Of a stretch of 64,000 bases of DNA, positions 42,949 to 52,950 are shown piece after piece. The stretch comes from Azolla caroliniana (Eukaryota > Plantae > Polypodiophyta): positions 4,278,001 through 4,342,000 of the forward strand of contig JBHGNT010000012.1 in NCBI GenBank assembly GCA_043228905.1, written 5' to 3'. Position 1 is the first letter of the stretch; every line of letters begins with the position of its first letter. The position numbers and the translations under genes are program-made. Below the pieces are notes generated by a model, which was not told the origin of the DNA, made no database searches, and worked only from the letters and a program-made list of their open reading frames with translations.

Positions 42949-45900
42949 TCAATCTATAAGCAAATCAGGCAGAGCAGGCTCCTCTGGCGCTGATTGTTCT
43001 AGACTGTTTTCATTCGTGTCATCTCCAAGCTCTCCCGAATCTGATGTATGGTCAAACTGTGCTACATCTTCCAGGTCCACCAGCTCCCCTGCTTCTTCAT
43101 CAATTGGTTCCATTGGTTCTCGTGAAGTCATCTGGAACATCTCTGTCTCGTTGATGTGTTTTGCTCCGACTTCTTGATCCTGATCTGGACAGTCCCAGAT
43201 TCCTGTGATCCTCATTTTGATGAAGTTAACTTGAGCAGGGTCCTTCTCCAATGCAACACAGTTTCTAAACATCTTCAATGCACAAGCTGTCGTTGTACCT
43301 AATGGTCGCATGAACACAAACAAGTATATATAAGAAGTAACGTCTTAAACTTGATCGATAGGATTGAAATTAAATATATATATTATACCTGTGCCAGAGA
43401 ACAAGTCTAGGACCCAATCATCTGGATTCGAGAAGAGCTCTATGAGGCGGTTGATCAATCTTTGAGGTTTTTGATAAGGGTTCACCATACTTTTATCCCC
43501 TGACACATGTCTTAATTTTTTGGTTACAGCTGGGCACATGATGTAGTTAACCACGTTACGGTCATTGACATGTGCTCTAGCCTTCTTCTTTGTAATTGAA
43601 TCATAGTAGCCCACACAAAAATGTTCGACCGCACTAACCATTCGATCGCCAGGGCTACGTGTAATATTTGTTTTGATCCTATAGAGAAAGAAAATCAAGT
43701 ATTAGAGGTGTAAATGTGTACATATAATAAGAAGTACTGTAATGAGTAAAAGCGAACTATAACGCACCAATGCATGTGTTCAGTGGCATGACAACGGGAC
43801 TTCAAAGCTGTTGTGACTGACAGTGATTGCCCCATGCTATGAAATATGTCTGTCCTCCACAAGGGGGCCAATGTCAGTTCTGCGAAATCCTTTACCATTT
43901 TCTCGATTTGAGGGTACTTGAAAGGCACATCATCATATGTTGATCCCGCAATACGGAAACCATATGGTATGTCAGCTATCAGCAAAGTGTAGTGCCTTCT
44001 CGGTAACAGTTCGAGCATCTAGGATACTTCGCCATTGAAAACACTATAATGAAGCTGTTTGAAAGGATCAGACCTATGCAAAAAACTCTTTACAGTCTCC
44101 GAGTCCTCGGGCAGTTCCATTGCCTTCCCTTTGGTCATTCTCTTCTCATATTTCGCACGTTCTAAGTGCGTGATGAAGGCCGCTGGAATACCGTCATTAT
44201 TGTCGTTGTTCTTTTTCGATTTTGATGGTTTCTGCAAGTGTCATTGTTGTTAGCAGGGAACATTACTTTCTAACATATCAACATTCAAAAGACACATACC
44301 CATTCTCTAAATACAATAAAATATTCCTCCAATGCCTTGTAGGAAGAAGTTATCGGGCAGGCTTGTTCAACCTCTTCCCATGTCGGTAAACTCAGTTTTT
44401 GCATCATCAACACCTGAATCTTCATGTATACCTTGTGACTGCACAATCAATATGAAATTAGAAATAAGATATTCAAAATAATTGAAGACTTTCATGAAAA
44501 GGTATACTATAAACACTTACTTTTGCAAGTCTGTTACCATCTCGTCCAAACTAAATTCCTTGGCGACCACTCGAGATAGCACGGATATTAACAATCTATC
44601 ATCTTTGATACCTTGTAATGATCTCCAAGGTAAAAGTTTCATGTCCTCTGCTAACTCCTCGATTACCAAGTCGCTTTTTCCCTTGGTCTTTGATTTCATC
44701 TCAACTTGTGGATCAATTCTTCCCTTTTTTGATCTTTGCCCCTTGACTTCTTTCCGCTCCCACATAGAGAATATTTTGTCTTGGAGATCCCACACCTCTC
44801 CGATCCGAAAAGCTAGTTGAAACCAAGAATCATATTTTCGGAGACCTTCGGATTTGGTACTCTCATCCACTGCAATCCCTACTTCCAATAAACACTGGCG
44901 TCGCAATCTAGGCCACAATCTTGGACCAAAACGATTCAAGGCATCCAGGTATTCATGATGAAAAAATCTTATCCTCTCTATACATGACATCTTTTGCCTA
45001 TAATCATTGTCATTGTTATGGTCCCATGCGAGCAGCTTCGCCTCCTCGTGAGTTAGTCCTGCATATACCTTACATTCGGCGTACTTGAAGAACGGCGTGA
45101 GAGGAAATTCTTTGACAAGCTGTCGTCGAGCTTCGGCCGAATGTGATCCTCCGATTACATAGTATGTGTAATCGTCTGCAGAGCTATACTTGAAATCTGC
45201 TACTGTTGGGCATTGTTCTTGATCAACCATTACCAAAAATGGCACCACAGTAGCGTGAGGATTGATTTTCATTTTGCTTTTCAGGTTTTGCACATGGACG
45301 GAGTGCGGCTCCCTAATTTCCAAGGGACGTCTTCCAGTCACGGGGTCAATGGGGGGCCTTTGGATAGAAGTAATGGGCAAATGAAATAGCTGGCCCCTGC
45401 GCACAAGTTTAGTCTTCACAATATTTTCTCTTATTTTATTTTGTTCTGACGTTAGGACACCAGAAGATAGTTGTCTGCCTGGAGCCACGACGTCGACTTG
45501 TTGGTCGTCTTCTTCTTCCACAAACTCTAATATTTCTTCTTCTTCTTCTTCGGGTCGTGGTCGTTTAGTATATTTCTTTTGAACAGGATTTGTCTTCCTA
45601 GACTTTTTCGGTGGAGTTTCTGCTTCACCGGTCATCATCTCTCCTGTCACGTACGACCGAAGAGCTACCAACAAGTTATTTTTCGTTTGCAGGTCTTTAC
45701 GCAAAGCCTTGGGATTGCAAGATTCGGGTACTAGGTTTCCCTCATCAAGTCGCAATCGCCTGTTGCCAACTGAGCTCGAGACGTCGATTAAAATACTTGT
45801 AGAGTCAATGTCTTCGTACTCTAGCTTGGTTACATGCCCGTAATTAAATGTTTTTCCAAGCTGAAGTTTCCCTTCCCCCTCCGATTTTGCCGTTATCAAT

Positions 45901-46482
45901 AACAGCACCCCATCCTCCTCGACATAAGAGAGACACCATTCAAGTTCGGGGTAATCCTTATATTTCACCTCAACCGTTTTCTCCTCTTGCGTACTACCTT
46001 TGTTGATTTTGGTAGTAGCCACAGATGACTTGGATCCTCCTTCCCCCGTTGAGTCAAATAAAATCTTTTTACTCGTGTCCTTCATGAAGGAGCCAGAATC
46101 TCGTTTTGTCGGAGATCGAATCTTCAATCTAAATGAAGGAACTTTTTGTCTGGGTTCACTGAAATTAAAAACGTTGGTGAAAACATAGAAACAACGTACA
46201 ATTTTATCTAAATCACGCAAATTATCATTTAAATTACGTCAATTTTATGGTCCCATGTGATAGTTTTTTATCGCAAAAACAACATTTTTTTCAACCAAAA
46301 TCCGATGCAGTGCATCGGATTTTGATTGAAGGTCCTGCCTTTCAGAATTGCTTTCCAAGTTCGTTGTACAAAATAAAATAAAATTTCTATGTGTTGAGGA
46401 AAGGAATCTTTAAGGAATCTTTAGGAATCTTAAAAAATGTAATGAATATTACTAACTTGATGATTTTCTTTCCCTTGTTCAT
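42949..46482 (-). CDS. ParB/Srx-like domain fused to a beta-class N6A/N4C DNA methyltransferase, about 968 aa, with one in-frame TAG; exons 46482-46457, 46158-44521, 44438-44300, 44231-43768, 43678-43389, 43298-42949
   Basis: Five GT-AG introns give one continuous frame of 2907 nt. ParB-like YYVIGGSHSAEAR..L and EEAKLLAWDHN. MTase FNGEVS*MLELLP..LLIADIPYG (motif IV), W-IK formed across a splice junction, NPYQKP.RLI.RLIELFSNPDDWVLDLFSGTGTT..CALKMFRNCVALEKD (motifs X, I, II). Premature TAG at 44021-44019. Exon 1 is the least certain. Confidence 0.88.
46290..46330. other. Near-perfect palindrome (20-bp arms, 1-nt centre) in intron 1 of the methyltransferase gene
   Basis: TTCAACCAAAATCCGATGCA-G-TGCATCGGATTTTGATTGAA, with one mismatch between arms. 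Confidence 0.9.
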
Positions 46483-46779
46483 GGTTCGTGCCGGAGGTAG
46501 TGCTGTCGACGATGTGCTTCTGAGTGCTCGAAAATTGGCCTGTGCTCTGAGCTCGATGGATTCTTTCACGTGATAATGAAAATGAAATTTCTAACCTCCT
46601 TATATAGAAGACTTTAGCATTCTTTTTAAAATAAAAAATAATTTTTAATTATTTGTTTTTTAGGAAAATTTCGGAAAATAATATAGTTAATCTAAGTGTT
46701 CGGGTAGTTATATAGTTAGGCTTTAGCATTCCTTAATTTTCTCAAAAGAAGGTTTTAGAATACAGTTAGACTCCCTCAA

Positions 46780-49700
46780 ATGTCTTCTTCTACAAGTAGA
46801 ACATCTCTTTTTTCTATTGTCCCCTTCTCATTGTCAGACAACTCGTATTTCTCAATAGAAGAGTACGACCACAAAAAACATTCGCGGCTTAAACAAAAAA
46901 GTGTGGCTCCTAGTACTTCGAATTCTCTGTTTTCAATTGATCCTGTTGATGGCCCTCTTCATGCAAGCTTACAAGTGGACGATTCTTCGTCGATAGATAA
47001 CAATAGCATTACTAAACCTCTAGCATTTAAAAGAGTTCCTCGACAAGTTAGTGAAAAGAGATTTAATTTCTTATGTTCTGATCGTCAACTTCTATGCGAC
47101 TTGAACAAATCGTTGTCGTGCCTTTCGGCTCCGGATCGTTGCGTGAGTCGGGTGGGAACCGCCGAGGTTTTGGACTAGGAGAAAGAAAAATACAAATAAG
47201 GCTAGTAAAGAATAGGTATAAAGAGTTATAAGATAAGAATCTCGTGAATCCCACGAGTTTAGTATATTTAGTCAATATTTAGATAGTAAGAGAGAATTAT
47301 TTTAGCAAATTCGTGAATCCCACGAATATTTTAGATTGATTGATCATTATAGAAAAATAATCAACAAAAACTACAATGTGCTCCCCATCCTTATATAGTG
47401 ATGGGAGAGACTAAGCATAACTACATGCTTTTTCTAATATGTTCATGCACACTAAATGTGCATGTGATGCTTTTCTAATCCTTGCTTTTATTTGCTAAAT
47501 ATAGTGCTCATGCATGCTAGATGTGCATGAGTCACTTTTTAGTTGCTTGCGTTTTTCTATAAAATATTCACGCACTCTAAAAATGCATGATTTACCTTTT
47601 AATAAAGGTAGGCGCAAATAAAGGACTTATAGTTATTAAATCTATTTGTAGAACACTAAAGATAAGGTAGCATAATGGTAAAGTTGAAGTTTGGCTACGT
47701 GGAGGTACAAGGTTCAAATCTTGCCCTATGCACGTGATAAATATCTTGATATTCTTATTTTATTTATTTATATGTAATTAAATCGGTTATATTATTTTTA
47801 CTTTTTCACGTAGTGTACGAAATACACTACGACACTCGCCCCCTCCGAACCCGCACATCCTCCGGTATGTGCCGAAGTTGCCGATGCTCGTTGTCTCCCC
47901 TTCATCCTCCGTTTGTCCCGCTATGTCAACTTTGTCTCTCCATTTTGAGTAGACCCATTCTTTCCACCCGAACCATTGTCGCCATCCGATCCACCATATT
48001 CTTTGTTCTCTCTCGTCATATTCTTGGCCCTTGTCATTCGTGGTAGTGTCTTTTACTGGCCTCTTTCTTGTCTTCATCAACCTTGACTTTTTTTCGGATC
48101 GCTCTCGTCCGATCGACTTTCGGTTTGATCGGCTTCCGATCGGATTCGTATTCGGCCGAATCGGAATCGGTTGTTCGGTTTCGATTGAGTTGGTCTCCTT
48201 TCGGCTCGGTTTCAATCTATCGATTTCGGTTTCAGTTGGCTTTCTTTTCCTCGTTTTCACCAGCCTCGACCAGTCCAACCTCCGATTGAGTCGGATTAGC
48301 TTCTTTTTGGATCGGTCTCGTCCGATCGGCTTTCGGCTAGGTCGGCTTCTATCCATATTCACGTTCGGCCAAGTCAGACTCAGTCGATCGGTTTTGACCG
48401 AGTCGACCCCTTTTCGGGTCGGCTTTCTTTCGGGTCGTCTTTCGGCCGAATCCTCATTCGCCCGGTTTGGCTTTCGTTTGTGTCGTCTTTCGGCCGAATT
48501 CTCTTCCTTTCGGTTCGGCTTTCTTTCGGGTCGACTTTTGGTCGAATCCTCTTTTACCCGGTTCGGCTTTCTTTCGGATCGGAATCCCGTCCGGATCACC
48601 TTCCATCCAAACCGGCTTCCGACTTTACCTTTCTTGCTGCCACCTCCCGTCTCTCCGGTCTCACGTTGGTTCTCGGACACAACCGCCGAAGTCTCTAGAA
48701 TTAGTGGGTAGGAATCCTCGGTATTATCATCCTCCGTTGTTTCACCCATAGCCATATTCTCGGCTATCTCTCCGTCATACGCATCAGCTTCAACCTTTGA
48801 TTTCTCTCCGCCACCTTCCGTCTCTTCGGTCTCACGTTGCCTTTCGAACGCAACCGCCGGAGTCTCTAGAATCAGTGGTGGGGAAGTCTCGATATGGCCA
48901 TCCGTCGTTGATTCGTCCATAGCCACCTTCGATTCGATGTCATCTTTCGTGGCGACCTCCTCAATCAAGTCCTCTTTGCTCTCTTTCACTGCATCAATTA
49001 TGCTTACCCCTTTTTCACCCAATGTTTCAATCACTTGTATTCTGAAATCTTCTTCTACACTTGGGTTATCGGCCTTATCCTTCGTCGTTGCTCTTTCGCA
49101 AGACAAGAGGGTAGCTTGTTTTACACCCTCTTCCGTCGCACCATCATGTTGTATTTCGGCCTTCATATCGGCTCCATCGTTTGTCTTCAATCGACCATCC
49201 TTCATCGGCCATGTCGTTGACAAGATTCTCATCTTCCTCTCATCATGTCTCCGGCATACCCTTTGGACTTCGGCCCAATCTTCGGTAAGACCATTCGTAC
49301 CGTCATCGTCTTCGAGTTCGATCCCGATGTCCATCCTTTCTTTTCGATCGATCGATTTTACGAACATTAGGACTTTATCCTCTCCCACCAATCGTTGTTC
49401 CCGCTCCGAGAGTCGAGCAAAACGATGCTCGAACTCTAGGAATGCTTGTGTTGCACTTCGGTGGGTCTTCTCCGATGCCACCCATTCGTCAAATTCTCGC
49501 CGATCTTGTCCCTTCGATCTCTTGTAATCATATGACTCTCGTAAAGCTTCTTCGAATGACCCCCATGTTGAGTTTTGTTGCCGTATCTTGTGGATTCTCT
49601 CTTGTAGCTCATCCGTGGCTACCCGATTGAAGGATGTCACTTGCAATCCTTCTGGTATCCCACATCGTATCATCTCCGCCTTGTAGTCACGTAGATAGCG

Positions 49701-52700
49701 TGACACATCGTTTCCGTTGAATTGTCTGTTTCGTTGTACGAGCCGCTTTACTGCCCCCGTGATCTCCGACATCACTCGTTGTTCTTGTAGCATCCGCTCG
49801 AACATCATCATCATCGTTATGCTCATTGCCTCTTGTTGATTCTCCATCTCCTTGCCACCCGCCTTCACGTCGGGTTCACCAACTTGTGTCGTGCCTTTCG
49901 GCTCCGGATCGTTGCGTGAGTCGGGTGGGAACCGCCGAGGTTTTGGACTAGGAGAAAGAAAAATACAAATAAGGCTAGTAAAGAATAGGTATAAAGAGTT
50001 ATAAGATAAGAATCTCGTGAATCCCACGAGTTTAGTATATTTAGTCAATATTTAGATAGTAAGAGAGAATTATTTTAGCAAATTCGTGAATCCCACGAAT
50101 ATTTTAGATTGATTGATCATTATAGAAAAATAATCAACAAAAACTACAATGTGCTCCCCATCCTTATATAGTGATGGGAGAGACTAAGCATAACTACATG
50201 CTTTTTCTAATATGTTCATGCACACTAAATGTGCATGTGATGCTTTTCTAATCCTTGCTTTTATTTGCTAAATATAGTGCTCATGCATGCTAGATGTGCA
50301 TGAGTCACTTTTTAGTTGCTTGCGTTTTTCTATAAAATATTCACGCACTCTAAAAATGCATGATTTACCTTTTAATAAAGGTAGGCGCAAATAAAGGACT
50401 TATAGTTATTAAATCTATTTGTAGAACACTAAAGATAAGGTAGCATAATGGTAAAGTTGAAGTTTGGCTACGTGGAGGTACAAGGTTCAAATCTTGCCCT
50501 ATGCACGTGATAAATATCTTGATATTCTTATTTTATTTATTTATATGTAATTAAATCGGTTATATTATTTTTACTTTTTCACGTAGTGTACGAAATACAC
50601 TACGACATCGTGTTGTGCGAATCTCTGTCTATCAACTTATGGAAAGTCAAGGTTACGTGAAACACGACAAAAATACTTGTCGCTTAATGGGGAAGAGCAA
50701 GATACATTTCTTCTTTCGCATATGCAACTTAAATTGGATCACAAAGCAGGGCCTAATTCAACGCAAGTTGAATATTTCCTTGGACTAAATACCAAGTGTT
50801 GTCGAGCAGCTTTTAAAATCACTCATAGCATTGGAAATATGCGGCTGCAACGAGTTCAAGAGCGACTTCTGAAGGGCTCCTGGGTACAGTTCGATCAAAA
50901 TGGTTCTGGATGTAAGGGTCAAATTGGGCAACAGGCAATTAGGTGGATGGAGGTATATTTTTCAAAACAGTGTGAAGTTATGCCAACGACAGGAAGACTT
51001 CATTTGTCAGATAACTTTACTCGAAGGGAAGTTTACCAATCGTACAAGGACGACATGTCTTCCGATGTTGAGCCTTACATACAGTACAGGCATTTTAATC
51101 GACTATGGAGGTTACAATTTAATAAAGTGGTTATCCCACGAAAGGTGCGAATGGGAGTCTGCTCAATATGTGCGAGTTTAAAAAGTATGGCCAAGGGTGG
51201 AAAATCAGATGTAGAGATCAAGAATTACAAGAACTTGTTAAAAGAACATCGTGAAAGTCAGGCATTGGAACGTACTAAGGCTATGCATCACCGACAAAAA
51301 GCGTTTCAATCTCCCGAAAAGTATATGTGCATGATTATTGACGGCATGGATCAAAAGAAAACTTGTTTGCCACATTTTCAAAGACTCCCCAAGGATATTG
51401 GAGATGAGTGTCTCGTGCAAATGCATCTAGTGGGTTGTTTGACATATTGTCAAACTATAAGACCGCAAGTGTTCTTAACTTATCCCAATATCCACAACGA
51501 CCCTAATCTTACTGTCACTGTCATGCACAGGGTATTGCAATCATGGTCAGGTATACTCCTGCCAGTTCTATATGTGCAACTAGACAACACAGCAAGAGAG
51601 AATAAGAACTCAACTGTCTTCGGCTATCTAAGCATGCTAGTAGAGAGGGGCATATTTAAAAAGATAAAGGTTAACTTCTTGTTGGTTGGTCATACCCATG
51701 ATCACATAGATCAAATGTTCAGTAGGTTCTCAAAGAAACTTGCTCGCTGTAATGCTTTCACACTTCCCACGCTATCCAAATTGATTAGTGAAGCATATAC
51801 ACCAAAGCCTGAAGTACAACACTTGGAAGAAGTATACGACTTTAAACGTTTCTGCATGGATAATGACGGGACTAAAGGTAGGGTGCTTGCACCTCTTAAT
51901 AATATAAGTTTCAACCATGTCTTCCTCATAAAACAAAGATCGGCCCACCTGAAGATGACGGTGTTGTTTGCGAAACAATACTCATCTAGTGCACAATGGG
52001 AGCCCCAAGAAGGTTGTAGGCTCCTTCTTCATATCCCAGATGAACCTCTACATGGTGCACAACAAATGCCATATGATGATCGTAAAAATGTAGCACCAAA
52101 TAGTACTATTGATGAACAAAGGGCATATTGGTTGAGATGTCTAGCAGAGAAACAAAATAATATTGATCGAACTAAGAAGTATGCCGGTGATGAGGATGTT
52201 GAATGGTGGGAGATTTTCTTCACCCATCAACGCACCATTTTAGATAATTACATCGCCGGTTTATGGCCAATCTGTATCCCATTCACATGGAACATTGGGA
52301 TGACATCAACGATATCGTAGACTCATCACCAACAATCGAATAATATGGAGCTTCATGATTTAGTTCGGCCACTGCAAAGAGATATTTATGTGGGACCAAG
52401 AAAGTCACGTACTGTTGAGGCAAGATGGCAAGGTAATTTGCAAGAACTACAAGTGGGAATGTTGGTTGCAACATTAGCAGGGGACGATACCTTGGGCCAT
52501 CCATTTTGGATTGCAAAAATTATTGAATTAGTGAGGGATGAAGAAAGTAGTCAGACAAAGTCAATAGTAGTCCACTGGTATCAGACAAATTCAACTGATG
52601 CATTTACAGGAAAGTATTCTTTAGAGATGGTTAAGGATGTCGGATGTTCAAGCAGAAAGAGAAGAAGAAAGAATATACCGAGCACGGCTACTCTCGCACT

Positions 52701-52950
52701 AGACCGTGTTGACATACTAGTATATGACTTCTCATTGACAAAATCAGGTCATCTAAGACAAGCAACTATCAAGATAATAAAGGAGAAAATCCCAAACATG
52801 GTGTCAAATGAAATACAGAGAATAACCAGAAGCAATTCTCATAACCACAAAGATGTTGGGTTGGAATTGGATGAGGATAATGCTTTGATTGCCACTGATG
52901 ATGAGGATGAGACGTCAAAATGCTCTTCTAGTCCATCAGACATGTCTTAA
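46780..52950 (+). CDS. Sola-like DDD transposase with a C-terminal BAH/Tudor-like domain, about 890 codons; segments 46780-47113 and 50612-52950, split by an LTR element, with one in-frame TAG at 52318-52320
   Basis: Removing the LTR insertion gives in-frame DLNKS-CCANLCL. Cys motif CSIC. Putative triad IIDGMDQ / YVQLDNTARENKN / FLLVGHTHDHIDQMFS. ORF 52345-52950 is in the same frame after the TAG and contains LQVGMLV..PFWIAKI..VVHWY. Confidence 0.88.
47787..49847 (-). CDS. Gag-like protein with acidic and basic repetitive tail (about 686 aa)
   Basis: Open frame from MENQQ. Capsid-like FNGNDVSRYLRDY...W..FEEAL followed by low-complexity E-rich and RPERKPNR repeats. The stop lies inside the 3' LTR. 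Confidence 0.75.
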   Translation of the reverse strand: MENQQEAMSITMMMMFERMLQEQRVMSEITGAVKRLVQRNRQFNGNDVSRYLRDYKAEMIRCGIPEGLQVTSFNRVATDELQERIHKIRQQNSTWGSFEEALRESYDYKRSKGQDRREFDEWVASEKTHRSATQAFLEFEHRFARLSEREQRLVGEDKVLMFVKSIDRKERMDIGIELEDDDGTNGLTEDWAEVQRVCRRHDERKMRILSTTWPMKDGRLKTNDGADMKAEIQHDGATEEGVKQATLLSCERATTKDKADNPSVEEDFRIQVIETLGEKGVSIIDAVKESKEDLIEEVATKDDIESKVAMDESTTDGHIETSPPLILETPAVAFERQRETEETEGGGEKSKVEADAYDGEIAENMAMGETTEDDNTEDSYPLILETSAVVSENQRETGETGGGSKKGKVGSRFGWKVIRTGFRSERKPNRVKEDSTKSRPERKPNRKEENSAERRHKRKPNRANEDSAERRPERKPTRKGVDSVKTDRLSLTWPNVNMDRSRPSRKPIGRDRSKKKLIRLNRRLDWSRLVKTRKRKPTETEIDRLKPSRKETNSIETEQPIPIRPNTNPIGSRSNRKSIGRERSEKKSRLMKTRKRPVKDTTTNDKGQEYDEREQRIWWIGWRQWFGWKEWVYSKWRDKVDIAGQTEDEGETTSIGNFGTYRRMCGFGGGECRSVFRTLREKVKII
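49864..49881 (-). promoter_or_regulatory. Primer-binding site complementary to the tRNA-Trp 3' end
   Basis: The plus strand reads TTCACGTCGGGTTCACCA, matching the 3' 18 nt of plant cytosolic tRNA-Trp(CCA) as I recall it. It lies 5 nt inside the 5' LTR boundary. Confidence 0.85.

Larger units (their letters stand above)
47114..50607 (-). mobile_element. Non-autonomous gag-only Gypsy-like LTR retrotransposon, very recent
   Basis: 721-bp LTRs at 47114-47834 and 49887-50607 (TGTCGT...ACGACA), identical by eye. TSD TCGT at 47110-47113 and 50608-50611. Minus-strand PBS at 49881-49864 and PPT GGAGGGGGCGAG at 47846-47835. No pol sequence. Confidence 0.95.

Noticed and set aside
42949-46482. Bacterial contamination or chimeric assembly as the source of the methyltransferase
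   Set aside because: The gene has spliceosomal GT-AG introns inside conserved motifs. It lies between TIRs with a TSD, nested cleanly in a plant Copia RT.
47063-47275. 70-aa ORF identical to the start of the 753-aa ORF
   Set aside because: It is simply the LTR duplication. The probable gag start is the ATG at 49847, downstream of the PBS.
48031-49630. Long + strand ORFs (226 aa, 196 aa)
   Set aside because: They are antisense shadows of the repetitive gag ORF with no recognisable motifs.
49864-49881. tRNA-Trp gene
   Set aside because: Only the 3' 18 nt including CCA are present, next to an LTR, so it is a PBS.
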